Shown piece by piece: positions 41,493 through 50,630 of a stretch of 64,000 nucleotides of DNA. Within the stretch, counting starts at the first letter, position 1, and every line of letters starts with the position of its first letter. Origin of the DNA: a bacterium (GTDB lineage Bacteria > Zhuqueibacterota > Zhuqueibacteria > Residuimicrobiales > Krinioviventaceae); assembly GCA_963675755.2 (NCBI GenBank), contig CAXXMD010000003.1, forward strand, positions 3,072,001-3,136,000, written 5' to 3'. A program made the translations under genes and the position numbers. The notes below the pieces were generated by a model. It saw nothing but the letters and a program-made list of their open reading frames with translations, made no database searches and was not told where the DNA came from.

Positions 41493-42590
41493 ATGAAAAA
41501 TAAAACAACCCGTCGGCAATTTTGCAAGTCTGCCCTTGTCGCAACGCCTCTGGTGATGTTGAGTAAAGCATCGGCACAATCTCAATCTACCGGTTTGTCA
41601 AAAAAGCTGGGTATAGCACTGGTAGGATTGGGTTACTATAGTAAAGATTTACTGGCACCAGCCTTGCAAATGACGAAAAATTGTTATCTGGCCGGAATTG
41701 TTTCTTTTCCTATGGATGATCAACAATACTGGATTGATAAATACAATATCCCCCGTAAAAATGTCTATGCGCATACTGATTTTGATGCCATTGCAGATAA
41801 TCCTGATATTGATATCATTTATGTGGTTCTGCCCAACTCGATGCACCACGAGTATACCATCCGTGCGGCAAAAGCCGGCAAGCATGTGATTTGTGAAAAG
41901 CCCATGGCCCTGACGGTTAAAGAATGTCAGGAAATGATTGATGCCTGTAATGATAATCATGTAAGATTGTCTATTGGGTATCGTTTACATTACGAACCCT
42001 ATACACAAGAGGTGATGAGATGTGGGCGAGATAAAGTGTTTGGTGCTATAAAATATGTGCATGCTTCCGCAGGGTATCGAAACGGATCAAAGAAAACCCA
42101 TTGGAAACTGCAAAAAGCTTATGGTGGTGGAGTATTGATGGATATGGGGGTATACTGCATTCAAGGCGCCAGATATACCATTCAGGAAGAACCCATTAGC
42201 GTTACTGCGCAGCAATTTACCTTTGATCCTGAACGTTATGATGAAGTGGATGAAATGGTTACCATGCAATTTGAATTTCCGGGAGGGGCTGTTGCAAATT
42301 TATCCACTACTTTCGCAGCCAGCACAAATACTCTTTACGCAGCGGCTGAAAAAGGATGGTTCGATATGAATCCGTTCTCGCTCTATAATGGATTAACGTT
42401 GCGAACACAGAATGGCCCGGTAAATCTACCGGATATTAATCAGCAGGCCGCACAAATGGATGATGTAGCCTGGAGTATCGCAAAAAAGCTGCCAATGAGG
42501 GTGCCCGGAGAAGAGGGATTGCAGGACATCAAGATCGTTACCGCTGTTAAAAAAGCAATTGAAACCGGGAATAAAGTTGAAATATTGTAG
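41493..42590 (+). CDS. Tat-exported Gfo/Idh/MocA oxidoreductase (glucose-fructose oxidoreductase-like)
   Basis: TTRRQFCK twin-arginine signal; ALVGLGYY, DIIYVVLPNSMH, AGKHVICEKPMA, GGGVLMDMGVY. Confidence 0.92.
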   Translation: MKNKTTRRQFCKSALVATPLVMLSKASAQSQSTGLSKKLGIALVGLGYYSKDLLAPALQMTKNCYLAGIVSFPMDDQQYWIDKYNIPRKNVYAHTDFDAIADNPDIDIIYVVLPNSMHHEYTIRAAKAGKHVICEKPMALTVKECQEMIDACNDNHVRLSIGYRLHYEPYTQEVMRCGRDKVFGAIKYVHASAGYRNGSKKTHWKLQKAYGGGVLMDMGVYCIQGARYTIQEEPISVTAQQFTFDPERYDEVDEMVTMQFEFPGGAVANLSTTFAASTNTLYAAAEKGWFDMNPFSLYNGLTLRTQNGPVNLPDINQQAAQMDDVAWSIAKKLPMRVPGEEGLQDIKIVTAVKKAIETGNKVEIL

Positions 42591-42626
42591 CTTTTACTAT
42601 TATTAATTTATCGAACAGGAGTTTGC

Positions 42627-44441
42627 ATGTCGGAACATATTATGGTCAGTCTGTCAAGTATCATTATTCTGGGAATTGGTGCACAATGGCTGGCATGGCG
42701 TTTAAAATTACCTTCAATTTTATTTTTACTCTTGTTCGGCTTTATTGCTGGTCCTATTACCGGATTTTTGAATCCCGATGAGTTGATGGGTGAGCTTTTA
42801 CTACCGGTTGTTTCAATTTCAGTTGCGGTGATTTTGTTTGAAGGGGGGCTTACGCTAAAACTCAACGAACTGAAAGAGATTGGCCGGCAGGTCATGATTC
42901 TTATTTTTGTGGGCGTTTTAGTTACCTGGGCTATTGCCGCTGTTTCCGCGCATTATATCTTGCATTTGAACTGGAATATCTCATTGTTGCTGGGATCGAT
43001 TCTGGTTGTAACCGGACCTACAGTTATTGGTCCTTTGCTGCGTCATATCCGGCCAACCCAAAAGGTGGGTAAAATATTAAAATGGGAAGGAATTGTTATT
43101 GATCCCATTGGTGCTTTGCTGGCTGTACTGGTCTTTGAAGGTATTTTGATTGGTGAAATGGGAAAAGCCGGAACGGTAGTCATGTTGAGCATTGGTAAAA
43201 CTATTGTTTTCGGCAGTCTGATTGGACTGCTGGCGGCGGGATTATTGGTATTGTTTTTTAGACGGTTCTGGATACCCGATTTTTTACAGGAAACCGTAAC
43301 CCTGATGATGGTTGTTGCAGCGTTTGTGGCTTCCAATATGGTGCAAAAAGAATCAGGATTGTTTGCAGTAACCTTGATGGGCATAGCGCTTGATAATCAG
43401 AGATATGTTACGGTTAAACATATTGTAGAGTTTAAAGAAAATCTTAGAATCCTGGTAATATCGGCCTTGTTTATATTGCTTGCAGCACGGTTGAATTTAC
43501 AAGATTTTCGAGCATGCAGTTATACCAGTTATATCTTTTTGGCTGTAATCGTGTTTATTGCACGACCGGTTTCGGTATTTTTGTCAACCATCAACTCTGG
43601 CTTAAATATTCGTGAAAAGCTGTTTCTGTCATGGATGGCCCCCCGTGGAATTGTTGCTGCTGCCGTGGCTTCTATCTTTGCCCTGGAGCTGACACATATT
43701 CATCTGCCTCAGGCTGAATTTCTAGTGCCCATAACCTTTATGGTTATTGTGGGTACAGTAAGTATTTACGGTCTTTCTTCCTCGGCTGTTGCCAGGTTGC
43801 TGGGAGTTTCGCAGCAAAATCCGCAGGGTGTGTTGTTTATTGGGGCGCATCATTGGGCCAGGGCATTGGCAAAAATTCTACAGGAATATAATTTTCGTGT
43901 GGCCCTGGTAGATACCAACAGGTTTAATGTGAAAACCGCAAGAATGGAAGGGTTAAAAGTCTATCATGGTAATGTAATGTCTGAACATATTTTAGATGAA
44001 ATGGAATTGGAAGGGATTGGAAGAATGGTTGCATTAACTTCAAATACCGAAGCCAATTCCATGGCTGCGATCCATTTTTCCGAATTGTTTGACAAGGAAG
44101 AGTTGTATCAACTGCCGCCTGCACCTGAAACCAAAACGGATATCAATTCGTCCAAACATTTACGTGGCAGATATTTATTTACCAAAGATGCTTTCTACAA
44201 TGCCCTAAACACGCTTTATATAAAAGGCTCTGTTATCAAGGCAACAAAGTTGACCAAAGAATTTGATTTGCAAAATTTTTACAATCTGTACCAGAACAAG
44301 GTCATTCCTTTGTTTTTAATCGTTGATGATAAACTGCGAGTATTTACGGTTGATACTGTACTGGAGCCCAAACCAGATCAAATAATAATTGCTATGGTAG
44401 ATCAAACTGTTTTGCCTTCCAATGCCAAGATGAAAGCTTGA
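42627..44441 (+). CDS. CPA1 (NhaP-type) cation:proton antiporter with C-terminal TrkA-N/RCK domain
   Basis: ILFEGGL, VTGPTVIGPLL, WEGIVIDPIGA, ESGLFAVT, WMAPRGIVAAAVAS; C-terminal GVLFIGA...VALVDTN. Confidence 0.9.
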   Translation: MSEHIMVSLSSIIILGIGAQWLAWRLKLPSILFLLLFGFIAGPITGFLNPDELMGELLLPVVSISVAVILFEGGLTLKLNELKEIGRQVMILIFVGVLVTWAIAAVSAHYILHLNWNISLLLGSILVVTGPTVIGPLLRHIRPTQKVGKILKWEGIVIDPIGALLAVLVFEGILIGEMGKAGTVVMLSIGKTIVFGSLIGLLAAGLLVLFFRRFWIPDFLQETVTLMMVVAAFVASNMVQKESGLFAVTLMGIALDNQRYVTVKHIVEFKENLRILVISALFILLAARLNLQDFRACSYTSYIFLAVIVFIARPVSVFLSTINSGLNIREKLFLSWMAPRGIVAAAVASIFALELTHIHLPQAEFLVPITFMVIVGTVSIYGLSSSAVARLLGVSQQNPQGVLFIGAHHWARALAKILQEYNFRVALVDTNRFNVKTARMEGLKVYHGNVMSEHILDEMELEGIGRMVALTSNTEANSMAAIHFSELFDKEELYQLPPAPETKTDINSSKHLRGRYLFTKDAFYNALNTLYIKGSVIKATKLTKEFDLQNFYNLYQNKVIPLFLIVDDKLRVFTVDTVLEPKPDQIIIAMVDQTVLPSNAKMKA

Positions 44442-44531
44442 CAATAATAAAAATATTATTTATTTTTCAAACTAGTGAACTCATCAGATCGATGGATGTG
44501 TATCTGTCGAATTTAACCTAGGAGAGGAAAA

Positions 44532-45293
44532 ATGAAATTTCGCAATTTTACTTTTGTAGTATTGGCACTAATTTTCATCTCTGTTACATATGTAGCAGCG
44601 CAGGAACAAGAACTCCCTGATCCAAAGTTGACCGAGGTATGGGACCCGGTCCCCCCAATTGTAACTCCTGGTGAAGGTACAGCTGCCCCATCAGATGCTA
44701 TTGTTTTGTTTGACGGTACAGATTTTTCCAATTGGAAACATGCAGATGGCAAACCTGTTAAATGGTTTTTGAATAAGGATGAAGGTTGTATGACGGTTGT
44801 TAAAAAGACCGGTACAATTGAAACAAAACAAGAATTCGGTGACATTCAGCTCCATATCGAATGGCGTACCCCTGCAATTCCTGTTGGTCGTGGACAGGGA
44901 CGTGGCAACAGTGGCGTTTTCTTTCAAAAACGTTATGAACTGCAAGTGCTGGATTCATATCTGAACCAGACCTATTCAAATGGTCAGGCAGGAAGTATTT
45001 ATAAGCAATCTATTCCATTGGTTAATGCCAGCAAAGGTCCCGGTGAATGGCAAACATACGATGCTGTCTTTATTGCACCCCGCTTCAACGATGACGGCTC
45101 TTTGAAAACCCCAGGTTATATTACTGTATTTCATAATGGCGTGTTGATTCAGAACCATTTCGAAATACAGGGCCCTACAGAATTTCGTGGTAAACCCGAA
45201 TATAAAGCACATCCTCTTAAACAAGGAATTATGCTGCAAGATCATGGTAATCCAACAAGTTTTAGAAATATCTGGGTAAGAGAACTGGATTAA
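44532..45293 (+). CDS. DUF1080 (3-keto-disaccharide hydrolase-like) secreted protein
   Basis: PSDAIVLFDGTD, FGDIQLHIEW, GNSGVF, YELQVLDS, GEWQTYD, LQDHG...FRNIW. Confidence 0.9.
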   Translation: MKFRNFTFVVLALIFISVTYVAAQEQELPDPKLTEVWDPVPPIVTPGEGTAAPSDAIVLFDGTDFSNWKHADGKPVKWFLNKDEGCMTVVKKTGTIETKQEFGDIQLHIEWRTPAIPVGRGQGRGNSGVFFQKRYELQVLDSYLNQTYSNGQAGSIYKQSIPLVNASKGPGEWQTYDAVFIAPRFNDDGSLKTPGYITVFHNGVLIQNHFEIQGPTEFRGKPEYKAHPLKQGIMLQDHGNPTSFRNIWVRELD

Positions 45294-45303
45294 GTTTTTT
45301 AAA

Positions 45304-45338
45304 CAGGCCATCAAATTTTTTGATGGCTTGTTTTTTTT
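45304..45338 (+). terminator. Terminator after DUF1080 gene
   Basis: CAGGCCATCAAA..TTTGATGGCTTG followed by a T run. Confidence 0.75.
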
Positions 45339-45673
45339 GGGGGTTGTTGTGTAATTCATTGTACGGGTTGTAATTGTTAATTCGATTATATTTTCAATTC
45401 TTTATTGCAATAATTTAAATTTTTCCATAGTATATTAATATAGATTTCAAATTTGTCAATGTGTATCCAATATCAAGGGTGTTATACAATTTAATGGAAT
45501 GTCATAAATGTTGCCTCTGGACAATATTGTTTCAATCTGACTACCGACAACTATTGTGATATTCACAAATGGGCTATATTGAAATAGAATCTTTATTGTG
45601 ATAAATGCGTTATAATACAATATGGTTTAATGAAATTATCCCGGATGAATTTCCGGAATAATAAGGAGCGCAA

Positions 45674-46540
45674 GTGGATTTAAAAACGACTTTGTTTAGA
45701 TACCGTTTATTAATTATCACTGTTTTGGGTTTTTTTGTACTGATTCTTGTATCAATGCTTAACGAAATTTTGGATTTGCCGCATCTGCTTTTTAATCAAC
45801 CCGCAACGCCAATCAACAAGACCGAGTTTTTATTAGAAACGTTTATGCTGTTATGCTTTGGTTTTGTTATCAATGTCAGTGTTTTTATCTACTCTTATCG
45901 ATATAATCGCTCCAAGATTATGCTTATTCGATCATTGGAAGAAAAAGAATTTTTGCTCAAAGAAATTCATCACCGCGTCAAGAATAATCTGGCTTTGATT
46001 ACCAGCATTATCAACCTGCAGGAACGATCTGTTGATGATGAAAAATTTAAAAATATTTTGCAGGACCTGAAAAGCAGAATAACTTCTATAACGCTTATTC
46101 ACAAAAAACTATATAATTCTGATGATTTGAACACAGCCCATGCTGAAACCTATTTCCGGGAACTGCTTGAAGAAGTAACACAGATATCTGACAAATCGAT
46201 TGATATTCAAATGGATTTTGATAATATCCGGATTGATCAGAAAACACTCATTCCACTTGCAATTGTAACCAGCGAGCTTGTGACCAATGCCATTAAATAT
46301 GCTTTTCCGGATGAAGCCCATCCGCAAATCCGTATGGTGTTGAAAAATGGGAAAAAAAACTTTTTATTCAGCCTAGGGAATAATGGGGCGGGGCTGCCGC
46401 AGGATTTTTCAATAGAAAATTATTCTTCATTGGGCCTAACACTGGTGAGGCTGCTGACCAGCCAGATAGAAGGGGACCTGGAGATTGTAACCGAGCCACA
46501 TACGGAATTCAGAATCAGGATTCCGGTAGTGGGGGAGTGA
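45674..46540 (+). CDS. Membrane sensor histidine kinase (HisKA_2 type)
   Basis: 2 TM; EKEFLLKEIHHRVKNNL, ELVTNAIKYAF, NNGAGLP, SLGLTLV. Confidence 0.9.
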   Translation: MDLKTTLFRYRLLIITVLGFFVLILVSMLNEILDLPHLLFNQPATPINKTEFLLETFMLLCFGFVINVSVFIYSYRYNRSKIMLIRSLEEKEFLLKEIHHRVKNNLALITSIINLQERSVDDEKFKNILQDLKSRITSITLIHKKLYNSDDLNTAHAETYFRELLEEVTQISDKSIDIQMDFDNIRIDQKTLIPLAIVTSELVTNAIKYAFPDEAHPQIRMVLKNGKKNFLFSLGNNGAGLPQDFSIENYSSLGLTLVRLLTSQIEGDLEIVTEPHTEFRIRIPVVGE

Positions 46541-46706
46541 AAATATTGTTAAATATTATTTTTTGTTTAAAATTTTGTTAATTTTTATTAATATTTACGA
46601 GTTATGAAATAAATATCTTGACTTTTACGATAATATTTGCTAATTAAATACCAATCCTTGGGTCGTACAAAACTAAAATTTCAAATAAAATCTTAGGGGA
46701 TTTATT

Positions 46707-46997
46707 ATGAAAAAGATGAAAACTATTAGTCTTGTTCTATTAGTAGCTGTAGTTGTCTTTGGTGGGATTCATATAGTAAATATTCAAAGTGCAAATGCGA
46801 GTATCACACCCAATCCTTGTCGATTGTCAAATCTTTGCTCCGCAAGTGGCAATACATGTATTACTTGTTGGTGTGATGTGTATGGCGCTTGGAGTTGTGA
46901 ATGCGAGGACCCTGTTACTCTAAATCATTTTACTGTTGCGGAATATGACCCTGATTGTGATAGCCCGACGCATCCATGTTACCCTTGTCCAAATTAA
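46707..46997 (+). CDS. Small secreted cysteine-rich protein (10 Cys in a roughly 65-aa mature part)
   Basis: RBS AGGGG; signal peptide ending SANA; mature SITPNPCRLSNLCSASGNTCITCWCDVYGAWSCECED...DCDSPTHPCYPCPN. Confidence 0.75.
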   Translation: MKKMKTISLVLLVAVVVFGGIHIVNIQSANASITPNPCRLSNLCSASGNTCITCWCDVYGAWSCECEDPVTLNHFTVAEYDPDCDSPTHPCYPCPN

Positions 46998-47076
46998 TAA
47001 AGTGAATTAATTAAAAATGGCCCAAGGATTATTGATAATATATTTGTTTTCTGTTTGTGTTGCATAATAATCTATA

Positions 47077-47661
47077 ATGGAGAGAATAATGAAGAAATTT
47101 TCTTTTTCCAATTTGATTTTGAGTATTATTTTTATAATTATGGCATTTGAAATTATTTTTCTGAGTATACAAAATAAAAAGTTGAATGATCAATTAAGTA
47201 AATTAATTGGACATACTAGCGCTCAACCTGATATGGTTGTAGGGACAAAACTGGCTGATAGTTTATCTGTGAGCTTGGAATATGGAAATGTTGTTAACTT
47301 TGATGAAAAACATCCAAAATATTTAGTTATATATTTTTCAACAACTTGTAAGGCTTGTATAGAAGATGCTGAGACGTGGATGGATTTGTACGAGTATTTG
47401 GGAAAGAAGAACATTAGTATGTTTGGCATTTGTCAAGGTGAGCCGGATATAGTAAACGAATTTATTATAAAGAATAAACTAAAATTTCCTGTTGCTCCAG
47501 ATCCCACAAATGTTTTGCTAAAGAAATTTGGAATACATTCACTTCCAAGTAAATCTATGATTGATGAAGATAATATTGTCTTGTTTTATTCAAGGGGAGC
47601 ATCAGGTGAACGCGATTTGAAAGAATTAAAAAAGATTGTACCTGAATTGCAGGCAGGATGA
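47077..47661 (+). CDS. Membrane-anchored TlpA/ResA-like (AhpC-TSA/redoxin) thiol-disulfide oxidoreductase
   Basis: N-terminal TM; LVIYFSTTCKAC; FPVAPD...FGIHSLPSKSMID (cis-Pro loop). Confidence 0.8.
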   Translation: MERIMKKFSFSNLILSIIFIIMAFEIIFLSIQNKKLNDQLSKLIGHTSAQPDMVVGTKLADSLSVSLEYGNVVNFDEKHPKYLVIYFSTTCKACIEDAETWMDLYEYLGKKNISMFGICQGEPDIVNEFIIKNKLKFPVAPDPTNVLLKKFGIHSLPSKSMIDEDNIVLFYSRGASGERDLKELKKIVPELQAG

Positions 47662-47664
47662 GAA

Positions 47665-48294
47665 ATGAAAAAAATAGCGATGAATGCTTTACTGGTCATT
47701 GTTTTGCTTGCGGTTTGTGTCCACTTTGTTATGCAGATCAATAGCAACAATAAAGTTTTGGCTGAAATTGATGATTCGCTCAAGCCCTTATCATATCAAC
47801 AACAAGTTGATTACATGAAGCAGGTGTTTGTCCGGGCAGACTCGTTTCGTTATATTAAATTCAGGGACCAGTTTTTTTATCATGTCTTTCAGGATACCGT
47901 TCCAGTTGGGTATGCTAAAATTATCGACAAGGACCTTGCATGTTCTACCTGTCGTGATGTGAGATATTTATGCGCCCTGGACAGTGCCTTGTGTGTTAAA
48001 GAGGTTGTTTTGATTAGTGATTTGGATCAAAAACGCATCTATGACAAAATACTCCATTTTGAAGATGGTGTAAACCGAGTGGTTGGGAAAAAAGTTTTTA
48101 ATATTGTGAATTTGTCTGATTTTATCTCTCAGTTTAAAAGTACTTTGCCTGGTGATAAAATCTTTAACGAGGATGCGGAGATTGATGTAATCAGTGGTGC
48201 TACTAAGACCAGTCACAGCATGTATGAGGGGATCAAAGAGTTTTTAGCAGAGGCTTCTTATTATTCAAAGCAATATTATGCTAAAAATATGTAA
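47665..48294 (+). CDS. Membrane-anchored FMN-binding (RnfG/NqrC-like) protein with extra CxxC
   Basis: N-terminal TM; PVGYAKI..ACSTCRDVRYLCALD; flavinylation motif DVISGATKTS. Confidence 0.75.
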   Translation: MKKIAMNALLVIVLLAVCVHFVMQINSNNKVLAEIDDSLKPLSYQQQVDYMKQVFVRADSFRYIKFRDQFFYHVFQDTVPVGYAKIIDKDLACSTCRDVRYLCALDSALCVKEVVLISDLDQKRIYDKILHFEDGVNRVVGKKVFNIVNLSDFISQFKSTLPGDKIFNEDAEIDVISGATKTSHSMYEGIKEFLAEASYYSKQYYAKNM

Positions 48295-48319
48295 TTAAAT
48301 TGTATTTTTTAAAATGAAG

Positions 48320-48347
48320 TTGCCATGCACTTTTTTGTGCATGGCAA
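48320..48347. terminator. Perfect hairpin closing the 46707-48294 operon
   Basis: TTGCCATGCAC-TTTTTT-GTGCATGGCAA. Confidence 0.65.
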
Positions 48348-48658
48348 TTGGGGAAAGATTTATCTCGTTATATTCATTTTCATAAAATGAAATATACTCC
48401 TAAATTAATATTTCAATCATTTTTATTCCAGAGTTATGTGAATAATGCAATTCCTGTCTATAATAAAATTAGATTTATATTTAAATTATTTGCTTTTTTG
48501 TGTTAAATTTTGTATTATTTCAAACTTGATTCCAAAATAAAAATATTGCAATTTTTTATGTTTGCGTTTGCGACACAGGGGTTAGTGTGTCTGAATGTAC
48601 CGGGAAAAGTGTGTTTATCTAATTATTCTTATTAACTCATAATTCGAGAGGGTGTATT

Positions 48659-49606
48659 ATGCGTAATTGTTTCATTTCATGTCTGTTACTAGTATTACTT
48701 TCAAGTGTAGTTTTTGGCAATGAACAGAAATTTGTAGATGATGTAGAGCAGTTTGTAGCACAATTGAATTCCCAGGAACAAGCATTTGAGAAACGCAGTA
48801 TTCAAAATCAAATGAATATTATTAATGAACGCCGAGTTCCTTATGCAATGATCTATGAGCAGACAGGATTGTTTACCTGGCAGCTGTTTTCAAATTGTTT
48901 TTTTGATTCAGATGTTGATACTACAACTACAGTAAACGTAGATATAGATTACAGACCCACAACAGATCAATTTACTGTAATACCCGCATATTTTACTTTT
49001 ACTTCAAAGCGTCCTTATGATTCATTGAATGATTATAAGGATTTTATGGTTGGTATTTTTCAGAGTGTAGGTACAGCTCATTCAGTATTAATTGATGAAG
49101 CAAATACCAGATATGGATTTGATGGCCATCATTATTGCCAGTCATTCTATTCCGGTACAACAAAGTTGGTTCTTGATTGTTACTTTGTATATGTTAATGA
49201 TGTTGCCTGTGCATTTTATTACATGACGGGTGACTCGTTTTATGACGATGCCTTGTATCAAATCTTTTTTGAATTGATACTTGATGTGGTCGAGTTTCAA
49301 CAGCCAAACGCAATCAATAACGAATCCTTGAAAAAACCGGTGAATTTTGACATGTCTCAAAATTACCCGAATCCCTTTAACGCTTGTACCCGGATCCAAT
49401 ATTCTGTAAATGAACCTACTGATGTAAAAATTGAGATTTTTGATGTCAATGGTAGATTAGTACAGACTCTGGTAGACAAGTTTCATTCCCAGGGACAATA
49501 TGACATTAGCTTTGATGCAAACGATTTGGCCAGTGGAGTGTATATTTACAGAATTTCTGATATGAACCATGCTTCCCGTGCACATCGGATGATCTTGGTG
49601 AAATAA
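48659..49606 (+). CDS. Secreted protein with C-terminal T9SS type A/FlgD-Ig domain
   Basis: Signal peptide; MSQNYPNPFNACTRIQY...IFDVNGRLVQTLV...LASGVYIYRI. Confidence 0.8.
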   Translation: MRNCFISCLLLVLLSSVVFGNEQKFVDDVEQFVAQLNSQEQAFEKRSIQNQMNIINERRVPYAMIYEQTGLFTWQLFSNCFFDSDVDTTTTVNVDIDYRPTTDQFTVIPAYFTFTSKRPYDSLNDYKDFMVGIFQSVGTAHSVLIDEANTRYGFDGHHYCQSFYSGTTKLVLDCYFVYVNDVACAFYYMTGDSFYDDALYQIFFELILDVVEFQQPNAINNESLKKPVNFDMSQNYPNPFNACTRIQYSVNEPTDVKIEIFDVNGRLVQTLVDKFHSQGQYDISFDANDLASGVYIYRISDMNHASRAHRMILVK

Positions 49607-49655
49607 ATATAAAATTCAACGTGTCGGAGATCGCATTGCTAATCTCCGACACGAT
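49604..49655. repeat. 52-bp palindromic direct repeat, copy 1 (REP-like)
   Basis: TAAATATAAAATTCAACGTGTCGGAGATCGCATTGCTAATCTCCGACACGAT; 51/52 identical to 50631-50682; 12-bp stem CGTGTCGGAGAT/ATCTCCGACACG. Confidence 0.92.
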
Positions 49656-49714
49656 CTATTAATATTTTATGATCCCACCGAGCTTTTTATAAACTATAAT
49701 TTTGCAATAACATT

Positions 49715-50524
49715 TTAGTTATATTCTCTAATATAGAAATTTCCCCTGTCATTAATTTTTTCAATTTGTTTAATAGTCTTTTTGAGTGATTTTAAATTCG
49801 GTTCAAGTTTTTTATCATTCTTGTAGACAAAAGAAGATTTAACGCCTAGTGTAGAATATGCTTTTTCTACAAAAACCATTTTATTTTCAAGTTTAGAATT
49901 TGTAGGAAACGTATGTGCACCATAGTTTTTAAAAACATTTTCAATATCCATACTTTTTAGAGCAGTATATAATATTTTCAAGTGATTTCGTGTTAAAAAG
50001 AATATATATTGTTTTTCCAAATCCAAGGGAACCGTATCAATAGATGATCCTACATACAGCCCAGTTTGTCTCATTATATAAATAGTATCCTGTAATTTGT
50101 ATTTATCATTTCCCAATAAAATTTCATCAACATGAATAGAAAAGGTTGAACCAAATAGTGGATAATAGGTTTTTTTTACAGTATCATATACCGTAGAGTC
50201 ATATTCAACTTTAACTACTGTTCCCAATATTACAAAATCTGATTCAAGCGCGTTTTCTTTATAGTTTTTTCCACCTGCCAATTTATAAGCCAATTCTTTT
50301 AAATCAATTCCCATCTTTTTGAATTTTTTATGTTCATTGATATTGATTTCATGCTCATAAAAGCTTTCTGCAAATTTTTTGTCAATCTCTAGTGTTTTTA
50401 ATGCTTTTTCAAGAAAATCATTTTTGTGAACAGTATTTGTTTCAGACATATTATCCTGGCAAAATGAGACAGAATTTAAAAAAATAATGAGAATTGATAA
50501 AACGATAGATGTTTTTGTTTTCAT
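49715..50524 (-). CDS. Hypothetical secreted protein, very AT-rich
   Basis: Signal peptide MKTKTSIVLSILIIFLNSVSFC|Q; Lys-rich; RBS GGGGAG. Confidence 0.7.
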   Translation of the reverse strand: MKTKTSIVLSILIIFLNSVSFCQDNMSETNTVHKNDFLEKALKTLEIDKKFAESFYEHEININEHKKFKKMGIDLKELAYKLAGGKNYKENALESDFVILGTVVKVEYDSTVYDTVKKTYYPLFGSTFSIHVDEILLGNDKYKLQDTIYIMRQTGLYVGSSIDTVPLDLEKQYIFFLTRNHLKILYTALKSMDIENVFKNYGAHTFPTNSKLENKMVFVEKAYSTLGVKSSFVYKNDKKLEPNLKSLKKTIKQIEKINDRGNFYIREYN

Positions 50525-50630
50525 TTATGACTCCCCGGTTGTACCCCGTTTGTATTCTTGTACCAAGGATCTCTGCCTTGGGATTATTTGTTTCTTGCCA
50601 CCCAGGTTTTAACCTGATTGAAAAAGTGAT

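Noticed and set aside
46707-46997. Radical-SAM or lanthipeptide RiPP precursor
   Set aside because: No modifying enzyme or peptidase-ABC exporter nearby, and the leader looks like a Sec signal; the disulfide/metal-binding reading is preferred.
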